NCBI GenBank assembly: GCA_046583315.1
Contig: JAYGCN010000337.1
Location: 1 to 22,289 of the forward strand
Direction: 5' to 3'
From: Candidatus Hydrogenedentota bacterium
GTDB lineage: Bacteria > Hydrogenedentota > Hydrogenedentia > Hydrogenedentales > GCA-2746185
DNA length: 22,289 nucleotides
Shown here: in pieces, positions 1 to 8,996 of the stretch
How positions within the stretch are numbered: the stretch's first letter is position 1
How the letters are laid out: the number at the start of each line of letters is the position of its first letter
The notes under the pieces: model-generated
Told to the model about the DNA's origin: nothing
Database searches by the model: none
What the model saw: only the letters and a program-made list of their open reading frames with translations
Translations under genes and position numbers: made by a program

Positions 1-828
1 ACGCAGGAAGCCATCAATCTGTCGGCCATCCACTATCGCGATTCAGCGCATGAATTTTCGTTGCGCTATGATGAGGATTCTGGCTGGAACCTCAGCGAGC
101 CGGCCTTCGACGACATCGACCAGCTTATAACCTCCAATGTAATCCGATTTCTCAAGCAGATAGAAGGAAATCGATTCCCCGACAGCGAAGAGATTCAGAT
201 CTTGGCGAAGGAGCACATTCGATATGATTTCGATTTCAAGGATGGCACGCCGAGCACCTCGTTTGCCGTGGGCGGGCCTGTGCCTGATTCAGATCCACTG
301 ATGTTCTATGCCCGGCAGGATATCGGGCCGATCATCACGATTCCCTATGAGTGGGTAACGTTACTTCAATCCAAGCCCTTCCGATTCCGGCAGAAGACCG
401 TGTTCGCATACGATCCCAATCGTATCACGACGCTTTCGGTGACCCTGGATGGGAAACGCTATGGGGTGGAAAATGATGCGGGTAACTGGCGTGTTACGGA
501 GCCGCCCGAGCACGGATTTGACAGTCAGGCTGACCTGGTGACCTTGATGAGGGCACTCCCTGCGTTCACGGCCTTCGATACGGTCGATTTACCGCCGGCA
601 CCGGATCTCTTGGGGCTGGACACCCCCATTTTCGTGGCTGATGTAGAAACGCTCAGCGCGGAGGGGGAGCGCGTCTCACGCCATCTGGAGATTGGTCATC
701 TGACCACGGAAGCTTCCCGGTTGAGATATGCGCGTGTTCAGGGGCGCCCGGAGATTTTCCTCGTCGATCATGGGTATATCGAGGATGTTCGCGCGGGGCT
801 TAAGGGCATCGTGTCACTGCCGCGATAG
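1..828 (+). CDS. DUF4340-like domain protein, 5'-partial
   Basis: Frame 1 is open from base 1 (ACG CAG GAA...) to TAG at 826-828, so the TTG at 61 is probably not the real start. Two similar modules (DSGWNLSEP / AGNWRVTEP) plus FRQKTVF, LGLDTP, LEIG and RYARVQGRPEIFLV resemble DUF4340 proteins. Confidence 0.6.
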   Translation, partial: TQEAINLSAIHYRDSAHEFSLRYDEDSGWNLSEPAFDDIDQLITSNVIRFLKQIEGNRFPDSEEIQILAKEHIRYDFDFKDGTPSTSFAVGGPVPDSDPLMFYARQDIGPIITIPYEWVTLLQSKPFRFRQKTVFAYDPNRITTLSVTLDGKRYGVENDAGNWRVTEPPEHGFDSQADLVTLMRALPAFTAFDTVDLPPAPDLLGLDTPIFVADVETLSAEGERVSRHLEIGHLTTEASRLRYARVQGRPEIFLVDHGYIEDVRAGLKGIVSLPR

Positions 829-834
829 GGCCTA

Positions 835-863
835 TTGACGGGCGCGCAGTTGGCCTATACGAT
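835..863 (+). promoter_or_regulatory. Putative sigma70-type promoter for the gsp operon
   Basis: TTGACG (835-840), 17-nt spacer, TACGAT (858-863), in the intergenic region upstream of gspC. Confidence 0.5.
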
Positions 864-889
864 GATTGCCTGTGCGGGCTGGGTAATTC

Positions 890-901
890 ATTGTTAACAA
901 T
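890..901. promoter_or_regulatory. Perfect 12-bp palindrome, candidate operator
   Basis: ATTGTTAACAAT is its own reverse complement and lies between the predicted promoter and gspC. Confidence 0.35.
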
Positions 902-961
902 TTCCTGCGGACGAGCGTTATAGTAAACAGTGAGTTACGTTTGGATGGCTGTCTAATTTCA

Positions 962-986
962 TAACCTATTGGTGTTAATGTGTTTA
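962..986. promoter_or_regulatory. 25-bp motif shared with the operon 2 leader
   Basis: TAA-CCT-ATTG-GTGTT-AAT-GTGT-TTA has the same framework as 13234-13258. Confidence 0.35.
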
Positions 987-1065
987 GGATGATATCAACA
1001 TTTGATAAACAGTGGCTGCATTATTCAGATCCAAGCGATCCGGGCCGCACGCCGGAGGTAACCTC

Positions 1066-2031
1066 TTGATTCGTGGTCTGCTTATACGGCAACTTTTTAT
1101 CCTCGCAGAGGCTTTGCTGTGGGCACTAATTCTCATTATTGGTGGTCTTACCTTGCGCGATGTCTACAGCAGCCCAGTCGCGACCGCGGCTGATGGGCAG
1201 GGAGTCGGTCCATCGGAGGCGAGCCCGATTCACTTGGCGAAATCGGTTGGTGACCGAGCAAACTACGACAGCATTTTGGCGAGCAAGATTTTTGGCCCGG
1301 CGGCGGCGTATGTGCATGGGAAAAAGGCCCCCGTAAAGGCACCGACACCCGAGCCCCCGGTAAATCCGGAGACCACGGAAACCAAGTTACCGTTGGTGTT
1401 AAAGGGTGCTGTGGCATTGGGCGCCACAAATCCTTTCTCGAGCGCGATTATTGAGGTCAATCAGCAAGGTTTGGCGCAGAAAGTCTTTTTCATTGGTGAC
1501 GAGGTCATTGACAGGGTTTTTCTGCTCGAGGTTTTCAAGGACGAAGTTCTTCTGGACAATAAGCGTGCGAATCGCCACGAAACTCTCAAGTACGAGCTCG
1601 ATATTTCTGGCAAGTCGTCGAAAAATAACGTCAAGAGTTTACAAATGGCGAATCGCCCCTTGGCTGAAACGGCACCCCAACGGCGCGTGCGAGCTTCAGG
1701 GCAACAATTGGTCAATCTGCATCGTAGTGAAATTACGGCCCAGTTGGAAGCCGATTACGAGAAATTGGCGTCCACCATTGATGTGGAAGAAGTGCGCGAC
1801 GACGATGGCAATCTGAAGGGGTTGACGACGGGCGATATTGAGTCAATCAGTTCGCTCCAACAGTTGGGTTTCAGGAACGGTGATATTTTAGTCAGTATTA
1901 ACAATGAAAAAGTAACCGGTCAGGGTCAGATTACGTCCCTGGCCAATAAATACAGGAACGCAACCATAGTGCGTGTCGGTATTCTTCGGGGGGGAAAACC
2001 GATGAATATGACTTATCGAATCGGCCAATGA
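1066..2031 (+). CDS. gspC: Type II secretion system protein C (TM + HR + PDZ)
   Basis: N-terminal TM helix (LFILAEALLWALILIIGGLTL), IFG motif, Pro-rich linker, HR domain (LPLVLKG..SSAII..IGDEV) and C-terminal PDZ (LGFRNGDILVSINN); directly upstream of the secretin. Start placed at in-frame TTG 1066 because GGAGGT lies at 1054-1059; the longest ORF starts at 1012. Confidence 0.85.
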   Translation: MIRGLLIRQLFILAEALLWALILIIGGLTLRDVYSSPVATAADGQGVGPSEASPIHLAKSVGDRANYDSILASKIFGPAAAYVHGKKAPVKAPTPEPPVNPETTETKLPLVLKGAVALGATNPFSSAIIEVNQQGLAQKVFFIGDEVIDRVFLLEVFKDEVLLDNKRANRHETLKYELDISGKSSKNNVKSLQMANRPLAETAPQRRVRASGQQLVNLHRSEITAQLEADYEKLASTIDVEEVRDDDGNLKGLTTGDIESISSLQQLGFRNGDILVSINNEKVTGQGQITSLANKYRNATIVRVGILRGGKPMNMTYRIGQ

Positions 2032-2043
2032 TAATGGAGAAAG

Positions 2044-4299
2044 ATGATGCAGGGACAAATTAACCAAGATAACCTTCACCGTATGTGTGTCTCGACGGGA
2101 GTGCGACGACACTATCTCATGCGGACGATTGTCGTGGCTGGCGTCGCGCTGGCACTGGTGCTCGGTAGTGCGGCAACGGCGCAGGAAAACGGCTCCAATC
2201 GTCCGACTCAGGAATTGGGTTCTCCACAAGATCCGATTGATCTGAACTACGACAATACCCCGCTTCTCCAGGTGGTCAGTAGTATCGGTGCGTTGACGGG
2301 TCGCAACTTTGAGGTTGCGCAGTCCCTTGCTACTGATAAGGTTACGATTATATCCCATCACAAGGTGGCCCCGGAGTTAGCCTATGAAATTCTGGAATCG
2401 ATCCTGAAATCGAAGGGGTATTCCATGATTGAGGTGTTGGATGGGAATCTTGTCCGCATCGTGAAAAAGGCTGGCGCGGCTCAGATTGATGCTGACAAAC
2501 TTGAGATTTACAACAATACCCGCGAAGCGCACATGGGCTTTGATAACTACGCCATTCATCTTGTTCAGCTTCAATATGTCCCGGCGGATCAGGCCTCGGA
2601 GATTATCAAAAAGGTCGGTTCGCCCGCAGCGGACGTGACCGTTTTTCAAAACACAAATATGTTGTTGATTATCGACTCCGCCGATGGCGTGCGCAATATG
2701 TTCGAGGTGATCGAAACGATCGACATTCCAGGGTACGATGTGGAGTTTGAGATTTTCAGATTGGAACACACGCGCGCCGAAGCGCTCGCCGATCAGTTGA
2801 GTCAGGTATTGCTTGGCGAAAGCTCTGGCGGTGCGCCCCGCGTGAATCAGCAACAGCAACGTGCCGTCGTGCAGCCGCGTAACACACGGACGGCGGCGGT
2901 GCCGGGCCAACGCCCCACGACCATTGTCGGGAGTGCGGAAGAAACATTGCGTTTGGTGCCGGATGAGCGCTTGAATTCACTAATCGTGATAGCGTCGACG
3001 TCGATGATGGAGCAGGTGCGGGAGTTGATCTTGAAGCTGGACACGCCTACGCCGAATGATTCGAACAATATCCACTATGTGGCGTTAATGCATTCCAGCG
3101 CGGAATCGGTGGCGACGGCACTGGAAGGGGTTTCGAATACGGCACCACGAGAAGGGAGTCAGACCGCCAACGATGGTGAAGTGCAACCCTTTGAGAAGAA
3201 AGTAACGATTAGCGTATACGAAGATAATAATGCTTTGCTCATCATTGCATCGCCACAGGACTTCGTGGTGTTGCAGGTGTTGATTGCTCAGCTTGACACG
3301 CCTCGCAGACAGGTGAACGTTGAGGCCATTATCATGGAAGTCGTGCTAAGTGATTCATTCCAGTTGACGGTGGAAGGTGCAGGATTGGATCAAGAACATT
3401 GGTTCGGACTGTCGAATGTGGTGGATCTGGCCAACGTCCTGGTTTCGGGCCCTTCTGCGCTGGCCGGCCCGGGTGGTTCTTTTGGTATTATTGATGGCAC
3501 GACCGAGGTGATGTTACCTGGAGATACGTCACCGACCACCATTCAGAATGTGCCCTTCCTGATGCGTGCCCTTGAGACGATAACCGATGTGGAAATTCTC
3601 TCACGACCGAATTTGTTGATGAAAGACAATACCGAAGGCAGTTTGACGGTTGGTGAGGATATTCCGATCCCCACCTCTCAATCGGATATTAATCCCAGCA
3701 GTGGATTTACCTCGCGCAATTCACTTGCCCGCCGCGATGTTGGTATCAAATTAGTCGTTACGCCGCACATAAACGAGGGCGACTACGTCACCATGGAAAT
3801 CGAGGTTGAGTCTTCGTCTGCAGTGGAAAGTTCTGTAGGTATTGATGTGAACACCACTGGTGCGACTATTTCTCAGCGCTTGGTGAAGAGTGAAATTGTT
3901 GTGAAAGACGGTCAGACGGGCATCATCGGCGGATTGATCCGTGAAAGTCAGAATCGTTCAATTGCGCAGATTCCCTGGTTGGGCGACCTTCCTCTCGTAG
4001 GCAACCTGTTCAAAGGGCGGAGACATGGCCGCGACAAACAGAATTTGGTGGTGCTGGTGACACCGAATATTCTTGACCGGGAAAGGGATATGGTCGAAAT
4101 TACACAGGAACGGGTTGATGACTTCTACTCCTACAATTTGGATTTTTTGTTTGAAGAAGGATTCATCAACAAAGTCAAGGCAAAACATAAGGGTCGATTT
4201 GTTGATCGCCCGAGCGACGTATTTAACCAAGAAAAGAACGGTGGCGTTCTCTTTAACGCCCATCCCGAGAGCGAAGCGCACAAGGTACTTTCGGAGTAA
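2044..4299 (+). CDS. gspD: Type II secretion system secretin
   Basis: Signal peptide ending AATA-QE, N0 plus three N domains (LVPDERLNSLIV, YEDNNALLI), RRQVNVEAIIMEV, and the secretin signature VKDGQTGIIGGLI...IPWLGDLPLVGNLF...LVVLVTPNIL. GGAG at 2036-2039. Confidence 0.95.
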   Translation: MMQGQINQDNLHRMCVSTGVRRHYLMRTIVVAGVALALVLGSAATAQENGSNRPTQELGSPQDPIDLNYDNTPLLQVVSSIGALTGRNFEVAQSLATDKVTIISHHKVAPELAYEILESILKSKGYSMIEVLDGNLVRIVKKAGAAQIDADKLEIYNNTREAHMGFDNYAIHLVQLQYVPADQASEIIKKVGSPAADVTVFQNTNMLLIIDSADGVRNMFEVIETIDIPGYDVEFEIFRLEHTRAEALADQLSQVLLGESSGGAPRVNQQQQRAVVQPRNTRTAAVPGQRPTTIVGSAEETLRLVPDERLNSLIVIASTSMMEQVRELILKLDTPTPNDSNNIHYVALMHSSAESVATALEGVSNTAPREGSQTANDGEVQPFEKKVTISVYEDNNALLIIASPQDFVVLQVLIAQLDTPRRQVNVEAIIMEVVLSDSFQLTVEGAGLDQEHWFGLSNVVDLANVLVSGPSALAGPGGSFGIIDGTTEVMLPGDTSPTTIQNVPFLMRALETITDVEILSRPNLLMKDNTEGSLTVGEDIPIPTSQSDINPSSGFTSRNSLARRDVGIKLVVTPHINEGDYVTMEIEVESSSAVESSVGIDVNTTGATISQRLVKSEIVVKDGQTGIIGGLIRESQNRSIAQIPWLGDLPLVGNLFKGRRHGRDKQNLVVLVTPNILDRERDMVEITQERVDDFYSYNLDFLFEEGFINKVKAKHKGRFVDRPSDVFNQEKNGGVLFNAHPESEAHKVLSE

Positions 4300-4301
4300 T
4301 T

Positions 4302-6038
4302 ATGCCTATTCTGACAGCAGAAGAAATGCAACTTGGGTCGATTTTGATCCGCGAGGGCCACGTAAACGAGGAGCAAGTGCGCGAGGCGGTCGAGTTGCAA
4401 AAAGTTCGGGACAAGCGCATAGGCGAACTGTTGCTGGAGATGGGTTATATCGAAGACGAGCAACTCTTGAATGCGCTGAGCGTACAATTCAAAATTCCGT
4501 GTCGGACGAATATTTCCGACGCGGTTGATCCCAAACTGACGTCGAAGGTGCCTATCTCGTTCATCCGTCAGTATGAGATGGTACCTTTTTGTGAGGAAGA
4601 CGGTACGTACCTTGTCGCGATTCGCAATCCGATCAATCTTTTGCCCTTGCAAGATTTGAGGTTGTTGCTTGATGGTCCGGTCACGCCGGTGTTATGCACG
4701 GAAGCGGACCTGCAATCCATTCTGGATAGTTATTTTGACCAGCAGAGCGAGCTTGCCTCTGAGATGATTGAAACGATTACGAGTTCGGACGATGGGCAGG
4801 TATTTTCGCTCGATGACGAGTTGAATGAGCGCGATTTACTCGATTTGGCAAATGAAGCACCGATTATAAAACTGATTAACCTGATGATCTCGGGTGCCAT
4901 TAAAGAACGTGCTTCGGATATCCACGTGGAACCCTTCGAGCGTGAAGTGATCGTGCGCTATCGTATTGACGGGGTGCTTTATTCAAAATTCAACGTGCCC
5001 AAGGCGCAACACAATGCCGTGGTCTCGCGTATCAAAATTATGGCGAACCTCAACATTGCCGAGCAGCGTCTGCCGCAGGATGGACGCATCAAAATTCTGT
5101 TGAGCGGCAAAGAGATCGACATTCGTGTCTCCATTATCCCGATTCAGAACGGCGAACGTGTCGTGATGCGTATTCTGGAGAAGGGTAGTTTTCTGATGGG
5201 GCTTGAAGAGCTCGGCATGGCGCGACGCGATTATGAGAAAATGGACAAACTCATCCGGAACTCGCACGGTATCGTGTTGGTGACGGGTCCGACGGGTTCC
5301 GGGAAATCGACGACCTTGTATGCCGCGTTGCAGCGGGTGCTGTCGCCGGAAATCAACGTTATCACAGTTGAAGATCCGGTGGAGTATCAGATGTCGGGTG
5401 TCGGGCAAATCGAAGTGCGCCCAAAAATTGGATTAACCTTTGCTAGCGCGTTGCGCAGTATTTTGCGTCAGGATCCGGATGTAATTCTGGTAGGTGAAAT
5501 TCGCGATGAAGAGACAGCGGAGATGGCGGTTCATGCGTCGTTGACGGGTCACCTCGTTTTCTCGACCTTGCACACGAACGATAGTGCTGGCGCGATTACG
5601 CGATTGATCAATATGGGGATTGAGCCCTTCCTGGTCACTTCGTCAACCATTGCCATTATCGCCCAACGTCTCGTGCGCAGACTGTGCCCATCGTGTAAAA
5701 AATCGTATGTGCCTGACGAAGCGGCTTTAGAAGAATTGGGCGCCCAGGCCATGCAGCATCGCGGCAAGGAAGCCTTTCTTTCGGTCGGGTGTGATGCCTG
5801 TCAAGACCGCGGTTATTTGGGGCGTTCGGGCATATTTGAAGTGATGTCGATGGCACCTCAAATTCAGGAGCTGGCGCTTCGCGGTGCCGATTCCAATGCC
5901 ATTAAACGTGAGGCGCGCAGGCTCGGCATGCACAGCTTGCGTGATGACGGTACCGTGCGCATCTTCGATGGTGTCACATCCATTGAAGAGGTATTGCGCG
6001 TAACCCGTGATGAGTTTGTGGACGAGTTGCCGGATTAA
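4302..6038 (+). CDS. gspE: Type II secretion system ATPase with N-terminal MshEN-like domain
   Basis: ASDIHVEP, RLPQDG, Walker A GPTGSGKST, TVEDPVE, LRQDPDVILVGEIRD, GHLVFSTLHTND, Zn site CPSC..CDAC; lies between gspD and gspF. Confidence 0.95.
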   Translation: MPILTAEEMQLGSILIREGHVNEEQVREAVELQKVRDKRIGELLLEMGYIEDEQLLNALSVQFKIPCRTNISDAVDPKLTSKVPISFIRQYEMVPFCEEDGTYLVAIRNPINLLPLQDLRLLLDGPVTPVLCTEADLQSILDSYFDQQSELASEMIETITSSDDGQVFSLDDELNERDLLDLANEAPIIKLINLMISGAIKERASDIHVEPFEREVIVRYRIDGVLYSKFNVPKAQHNAVVSRIKIMANLNIAEQRLPQDGRIKILLSGKEIDIRVSIIPIQNGERVVMRILEKGSFLMGLEELGMARRDYEKMDKLIRNSHGIVLVTGPTGSGKSTTLYAALQRVLSPEINVITVEDPVEYQMSGVGQIEVRPKIGLTFASALRSILRQDPDVILVGEIRDEETAEMAVHASLTGHLVFSTLHTNDSAGAITRLINMGIEPFLVTSSTIAIIAQRLVRRLCPSCKKSYVPDEAALEELGAQAMQHRGKEAFLSVGCDACQDRGYLGRSGIFEVMSMAPQIQELALRGADSNAIKREARRLGMHSLRDDGTVRIFDGVTSIEEVLRVTRDEFVDELPD

Positions 6039-6056
6039 TTCGGCGGGTGAGGAATT

Positions 6057-7274
6057 ATGGCAGTATTTGAGTATAGCGCGCTGGCCGAAACCGGCAAAGC
6101 CGTCAAGGGAATCGTTGAGGCGGATAGTGCCGCCGCAGCACGCCGTAAGTTACGCGATCAACAACTGTTTCCGACCAATATTTCGGAAAGTTTCGCCAAG
6201 GACGATGGCGCATCCGGCGCGATGAGCATTGGATTTAGCGGCGTATCGACTCGCGACTTATCGATCATGACACGCCAACTGGGCGTATTGTTGCGCGCCG
6301 GCATGTCATTGGTCGACGGCCTCAATGCATTGAATGAACAGACTGCGAATGCGCGCCTTCGCAAAGCGATATTGGATGTGCGCAGTCATGTGATGGAAGG
6401 CAATCGTCTTGCCGACGGTCTGGCGGCTCACCCGAAAATTTTCTCAACGCTGTACGTGAATATGATTCACGCCGGAGAATCGAGTGGCTCTCTTGAGGCG
6501 GTGCTGTTTCGACTGACGGAGATTCTGGAAAGCCAGGCCAAGCTTAAAGCGAAGATCGCGTCGACCATGGCGTATCCGATATTCATGCTGCTTTTCGCGA
6601 TTGCGCTCATCAGTTTTTTGACGCTCGTCGTGATGCCGAAAATTACAGATTTGTTCACCAAACGCGGTCAGACCTTGCCGACGATGACACAATGGTTGAT
6701 CAATACGACGAATTTTATCGGCGCGTATTGGTATTGGATGATAGGCGGCGTGATTTTGCTGTTTTTCCTGTGGCGATCATGGGTTTCTCGGCCGAAAGGG
6801 CGCATGCAGTGGGACCACTTCAAGCTGAAGGTTCCGTTGTTGGGCACCCTTCACTTAAAACTTATCTGCGGACGGTTCTCGCGTATTCTGGGTACCATGC
6901 TCGAGAGCGGTCTGACCATGATGAAGGCCCTGGACGTGGTGAACACGGTTATTGGGAATGCCTACATTGAGAATCGCTTCGAATCGATTCGGGCTGAAGT
7001 GCGTCGCGGTCGGGGGCTTGCTACGCCGATGAAAGAGAGCGGCGAATTCCCACCGATGCTCACGAACATGATTGAATTGGGACAGCAAAGCGGCGAACTC
7101 GAAGAGATGCTGCGCCAGACTGCGGACACCTACGACGAGGATGTCGAGCTGACGGTCGACGCGATTGTCAGTTTGATGGAGCCGGTAATAATTATCGTAA
7201 TGGGGGTTTTTGTTGGATTGCTGGTGTTGTCCATATTGCTCCCGATTTTGGATATGAGCGCCAGCATTCGCTAG
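6057..7274 (+). CDS. gspF: Type II secretion system inner-membrane platform protein
   Basis: MAVFEYSAL, TRQLGVLLRAG, AGESSGSL, MAYP, second repeat GQQSGEL..LMEP, three TM segments; GAGG upstream. Confidence 0.95.
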   Translation: MAVFEYSALAETGKAVKGIVEADSAAAARRKLRDQQLFPTNISESFAKDDGASGAMSIGFSGVSTRDLSIMTRQLGVLLRAGMSLVDGLNALNEQTANARLRKAILDVRSHVMEGNRLADGLAAHPKIFSTLYVNMIHAGESSGSLEAVLFRLTEILESQAKLKAKIASTMAYPIFMLLFAIALISFLTLVVMPKITDLFTKRGQTLPTMTQWLINTTNFIGAYWYWMIGGVILLFFLWRSWVSRPKGRMQWDHFKLKVPLLGTLHLKLICGRFSRILGTMLESGLTMMKALDVVNTVIGNAYIENRFESIRAEVRRGRGLATPMKESGEFPPMLTNMIELGQQSGELEEMLRQTADTYDEDVELTVDAIVSLMEPVIIIVMGVFVGLLVLSILLPILDMSASIR

Positions 7275-7293
7275 GCATAAAGGAGAAATCAAC

Positions 7294-7746
7294 GTGAAGC
7301 TTCAACGAAGGGGATTGAATCAAGTCATTGGACGCGCGCGCGGCGACTCGGCAGGTTTCTCGCTGATCGAGTTGATGGTGGTGATCGCCATCATCGCAAT
7401 GTTGGCTACCGCGGTGGGCGTAAACATGTTCGGCGCGTTGGAAGATGCCAATGTTGCCACGGCCAAAGCGGAGATCGCGAATTTCAACACGGCATTGATC
7501 GCGTACAAGATCGCGTTTAGAAAATTGCCAACCTCTGCTGAAGGATTGAATGCATTGGTGAGCAATCCGAAAAAGAATTTCCTCGACTCCAATGCCATTC
7601 CCAATGATCCCTGGGGCAATCCGTATGTGTACTCGCTCGAAGGAGGAAGTAACTTTACGATTGTTTCCTATGGTGCCGACGGCTCGCCTGGCGGATCCGG
7701 GGTTGACCAGGATATCTCGAGTGACAACCTGTCCGGGAATGAGTAA
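7294..7746 (+). CDS. gspG: Major pseudopilin
   Basis: Class III signal G|FSLIELMVV, P..AEGLNALV, DPWGNPYVY, SYGADGSPGG..DI; AAGGAG RBS before the GTG start. Confidence 0.93.
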   Translation: MKLQRRGLNQVIGRARGDSAGFSLIELMVVIAIIAMLATAVGVNMFGALEDANVATAKAEIANFNTALIAYKIAFRKLPTSAEGLNALVSNPKKNFLDSNAIPNDPWGNPYVYSLEGGSNFTIVSYGADGSPGGSGVDQDISSDNLSGNE

Positions 7747-7754
7747 ATTGCACC

Positions 7755-8585
7755 ATGGACGCGCCGCGCCGACATAATCGCAACGGATTTACGCTCATCG
7801 AGTTGATGATCGTCATTTTATTAATGACCATGATCGTGAGCATTGCGGCGCCGCGTCTTCTTCCGTTGCTGAGCTTGACGGAGCATGAAAATGAAGCGAG
7901 CCGGCTGGCGGGTTATGGCCGCGCTGCGATGGCGCACACCGCATTGACGCATTCGTCGATTCGAGTACGGATTGACCTGGATACGCAAGAATATTGGGCG
8001 GAAACCTTGCCCGATTTGGTTAAGAGTTACGGGACGACAGGCGGATACGGGTCTGAGAACGATGACGATGACTGGATTCCAGAAGACAAGATTGGACTTG
8101 CACAGGCGTCCAGCCAGATATTGCAAGGCGACGAAGTTGAGCAGGAGTATAATACCGAAGAAGAGCAGAACAAGGTGCTCGATAAGCAACGCGGCGAAAT
8201 GGAAGATCGATTCCGATCGATGGCGGACAATACCCTTTTCGCGCGCGCATTGCGGGTCCATCACGACGATTATGATTATGTGGATGACGAATCGATTTTT
8301 GCGCGAAACCGCGAGTATGAAGAAGAAGATGAGGAAGCCGTCCGAGAACCAGTGTCCGACCCGCTGTTGGCCGCGCACACCGTGATCGACTCTGTCTGGA
8401 TCGACTCGATCACCATCGCCGGCGAAGAGTATGTAAAAGGTATTGTTGATATTGAATTGACGCCCTTGGGTCTGGACACCGAGGTGCGGTTGAGTTTATT
8501 TAATGAGGACGGGGATCTGATGACGGTGTACTGGGATCCGATGACCGGTAACGCTTGGTACATCCGGGAGTTCATGACCTTATGA
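7755..8585 (+). CDS. gspH: Minor pseudopilin H with a long acidic insertion
   Basis: RRHNRNG|FTLIELM prepilin motif, C-terminal LTPLG..WDPMTG typical of GspH/FimT; follows gspG. Confidence 0.8.
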   Translation: MDAPRRHNRNGFTLIELMIVILLMTMIVSIAAPRLLPLLSLTEHENEASRLAGYGRAAMAHTALTHSSIRVRIDLDTQEYWAETLPDLVKSYGTTGGYGSENDDDDWIPEDKIGLAQASSQILQGDEVEQEYNTEEEQNKVLDKQRGEMEDRFRSMADNTLFARALRVHHDDYDYVDDESIFARNREYEEEDEEAVREPVSDPLLAAHTVIDSVWIDSITIAGEEYVKGIVDIELTPLGLDTEVRLSLFNEDGDLMTVYWDPMTGNAWYIREFMTL

Positions 8586-8995
8586 GTCGTCGCTCACATA
8601 GAGACGAGCGTCTCGACGCGCAAGGCGGGTTCACGCTGCTGGAGGTACTCATGGCACTCGCCATTTTGGGTGGCGGCATGTTTATCTTGCTGGAGTCTCA
8701 CTTCGCAACGATGAGCCTGTTCAGTGACTCCCAGGATGCCGCGCTGATGGAACTGTTGTCGCAACAGGGCACGGCGCTGGCGGAAGTCGAAATTCTTGCA
8801 GGGGAGCAATCCGGCTCGGGCGAGTTTGGCGATGCCTACCCTGATTACTCCTACTCCTACAATGCTGAATTGCTGGATGAAGAAGAGACTCCCGGTTTAC
8901 TCGAAGTGACGTTTATTCTGGTCAGTCCGAACGAGGAACGCGAGTTTCGTTTTCGCGTGTACGACGGTATCCTGGTCGATCCCGAAGGGACGTAA
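8582..8995 (+). CDS. gspI: Minor pseudopilin I
   Basis: QGG|FTLLEVLMALAIL, SGEFG..YPDYSY, PGLLEV. ATG 8582 overlaps the gspH stop (ATGA), preferred over the track start at 8555. Confidence 0.82.
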   Translation: MSRRSHRDERLDAQGGFTLLEVLMALAILGGGMFILLESHFATMSLFSDSQDAALMELLSQQGTALAEVEILAGEQSGSGEFGDAYPDYSYSYNAELLDEEETPGLLEVTFILVSPNEEREFRFRVYDGILVDPEGT

Positions 8996-8996
8996 A

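Noticed and set aside
2815..2934. Gly/Gln/Arg-rich stretch in GspD
   Set aside because: Disordered loops in secretin N domains are common.
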